NCBI GenBank assembly: GCA_963663865.1
Contig: OY760686.1
Coordinates: 2,656,001-2,720,000, forward strand
DNA: 64,000 nt
Direction: 5' to 3'
DNA from: Spirochaetota bacterium
Lineage (GTDB): Bacteria > Spirochaetota > UBA4802 > UBA5550
Positions 62,804 through 64,000 of this stretch are shown here, piece by piece; the first letter of the stretch is position 1; the number at the start of each line of letters is the position of its first letter. Position numbers and translations under genes: made by a program. The notes beneath the pieces are model-generated. The model ran no database searches. It had not been told where the DNA came from and saw nothing but the letters and a program-made list of their open reading frames with translations.

Positions 62804-63775
62804 ATGCTTAGAATTCTGACAATTGCGCTCACAGTCATCATCTTCGTGCCGGCCTCCGGTGAAGAGCCTCCTGAATACCGCTGGTCGCCCCTTGACGCCT
62901 ACAGCCATGAAGCCGCGCTTGAAACAGCCGCAGAGTTTCTTGAAACGTTCAACACCAAACGCTATGACCGGACCCGCGCTCTCATGCACCCCGCTGAGAT
63001 GACGACCGATGGAAGCCTGTGGACTGGCACGGAACGCTTTCTTTACGACATGTTGAAATACCTTAAGGGCGGCCGCGTAGGCTGGAAAAACCTGCGGGCC
63101 TATACCTTCGATGAATGTGAAGCCGACACTGAAGGTAAGTCTGCCGCCATGACGGTCTACCGCGCGTACGACAGCCTATCTCTGGTGGCCGTCGCGGAGA
63201 TTCTTCCTGAGGCACTGGGTCCCTCCGGCGCTTCACAATGCGTTATGGTTTTGAGGCGCAGCAATAAAGGGGGGGGATGGTACATCAGTGCAGTCAATGG
63301 GCTTTCCGCCACCAAACCGGAGCTAAAGCCTGAACCACCGGGGGGCGACATCCTCTGGAAAAAAGAGGACTTTAGACAGTTCGGTTTCAGAATAATGATT
63401 CCCCGTCAGTTTTCAGAAACCGTCGTGGAACGGCTTTCGGTCAACTACTTCCTTCCCGGAAGAACGCGGAACGACGCGGCTTTTCAGATTGTCGCGACTG
63501 ACGGCGTCAGGCCGCTTGCCGTCGAGGCCAGAGCGTTCATCAGAAGAATCGTCAGACACGGGGAGTTCAGCAATTTAAAGGCTGGCTATCTACCGAACGG
63601 ATACCGGTTCTCATTTGACTTCACCGGTTCTGACGGCAGAAGAAACCGTATCATGATCGCGGCGCTGCGAAACAACGGATATTCTATTTTTGCGAGCTTT
63701 ATGGGCTTCACCGACGTCTTTGACAGGTGGTGGAAGGAAGCTGAGTATTCCCTTCATAACATCGTGTTATGGTAA
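62804..63775 (+). CDS. Exported hypothetical protein
   Basis: 323-aa ORF with a signal peptide; mostly synonymous differences from its truncated copy support real coding status. Confidence 0.8.
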   Translation: MLRILTIALTVIIFVPASGEEPPEYRWSPLDAYSHEAALETAAEFLETFNTKRYDRTRALMHPAEMTTDGSLWTGTERFLYDMLKYLKGGRVGWKNLRAYTFDECEADTEGKSAAMTVYRAYDSLSLVAVAEILPEALGPSGASQCVMVLRRSNKGGGWYISAVNGLSATKPELKPEPPGGDILWKKEDFRQFGFRIMIPRQFSETVVERLSVNYFLPGRTRNDAAFQIVATDGVRPLAVEARAFIRRIVRHGEFSNLKAGYLPNGYRFSFDFTGSDGRRNRIMIAALRNNGYSIFASFMGFTDVFDRWWKEAEYSLHNIVLW

Positions 63776-64000
63776 GTCCAGGGGGGCTGCCGAAATCGAA
63801 GGTGAGCTGTCTGTCGAAATCAGCGCCGTCATCCTCTCCGCATATATTTGAAACTGAGGCGCCCACAAGCCTCACTTTTCTGGACCCGGCATCGGTTTTT
63901 TCGACAAGCTCACAACAAACACTGTATATCACATCTTCCGAATCAACATACAACGGCAATGTTCTGCTTCTCGTCACCGACGTAAAGTCATCGTACTTCA
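63708..64000 (-). CDS. dinB: DNA polymerase IV, C-terminal little-finger domain (gene continues beyond the window)
   Basis: KYDDFTSVTRSRTL...KVRLVGASVSN...QLTFDF (clamp-binding-like motif). Confidence 0.8.
   Translation of the reverse strand, partial: KYDDFTSVTRSRTLPLYVDSEDVIYSVCCELVEKTDAGSRKVRLVGASVSNICGEDDGADFDRQLTFDFGSPPGLTITRCYEGNTQLPSTTCQRRR

Overview
Bacterial chromosomal window, most likely from an anaerobic free-living spirochaete (inferred from many lipoproteins, a large cNMP-domain protein, a futalosine menaquinone pathway and an [FeFe]-hydrogenase; not confirmed by any search). Most of it is housekeeping: tkt 5' end, mqnB-like/mqnD, ilvBNC, dedA, an operon ubiX-mqnE-mqnA-mqnC-menG-dusB-acpS-ribBA, apbE, pyrD, hisC, def-fmt, tRNA-Asp, two-component, c-di-GMP and ppGpp genes, and the dinB 3' end. 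There are three accessory zones: an AT-rich esterase/binding-protein/membrane-AraC islet (2.4-7.0 kb), three very large Ig/FN3 surface proteins (26-37.7 kb), and the locus at 55.9-63.0 kb. The last is the most striking. It holds two tandem AT-rich cassettes in which a homologous leader (promoter, RBS, MHKYVxPYKKF and a (CT)14-15 microsatellite encoding the lipoprotein signal peptide) is fused to two unrelated peptidase folds (C10/streptopain-like and M4/thermolysin-like). Each peptidase is followed by its own small lipoprotein and a homologous hairpin. Both peptidases are currently out of frame by exactly one CT unit. The duplicated flanks suggest one cassette was captured from a related lineage, possibly as a 3,036-bp circle. 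This looks like a phase-variable, cargo-swappable surface-protease locus.
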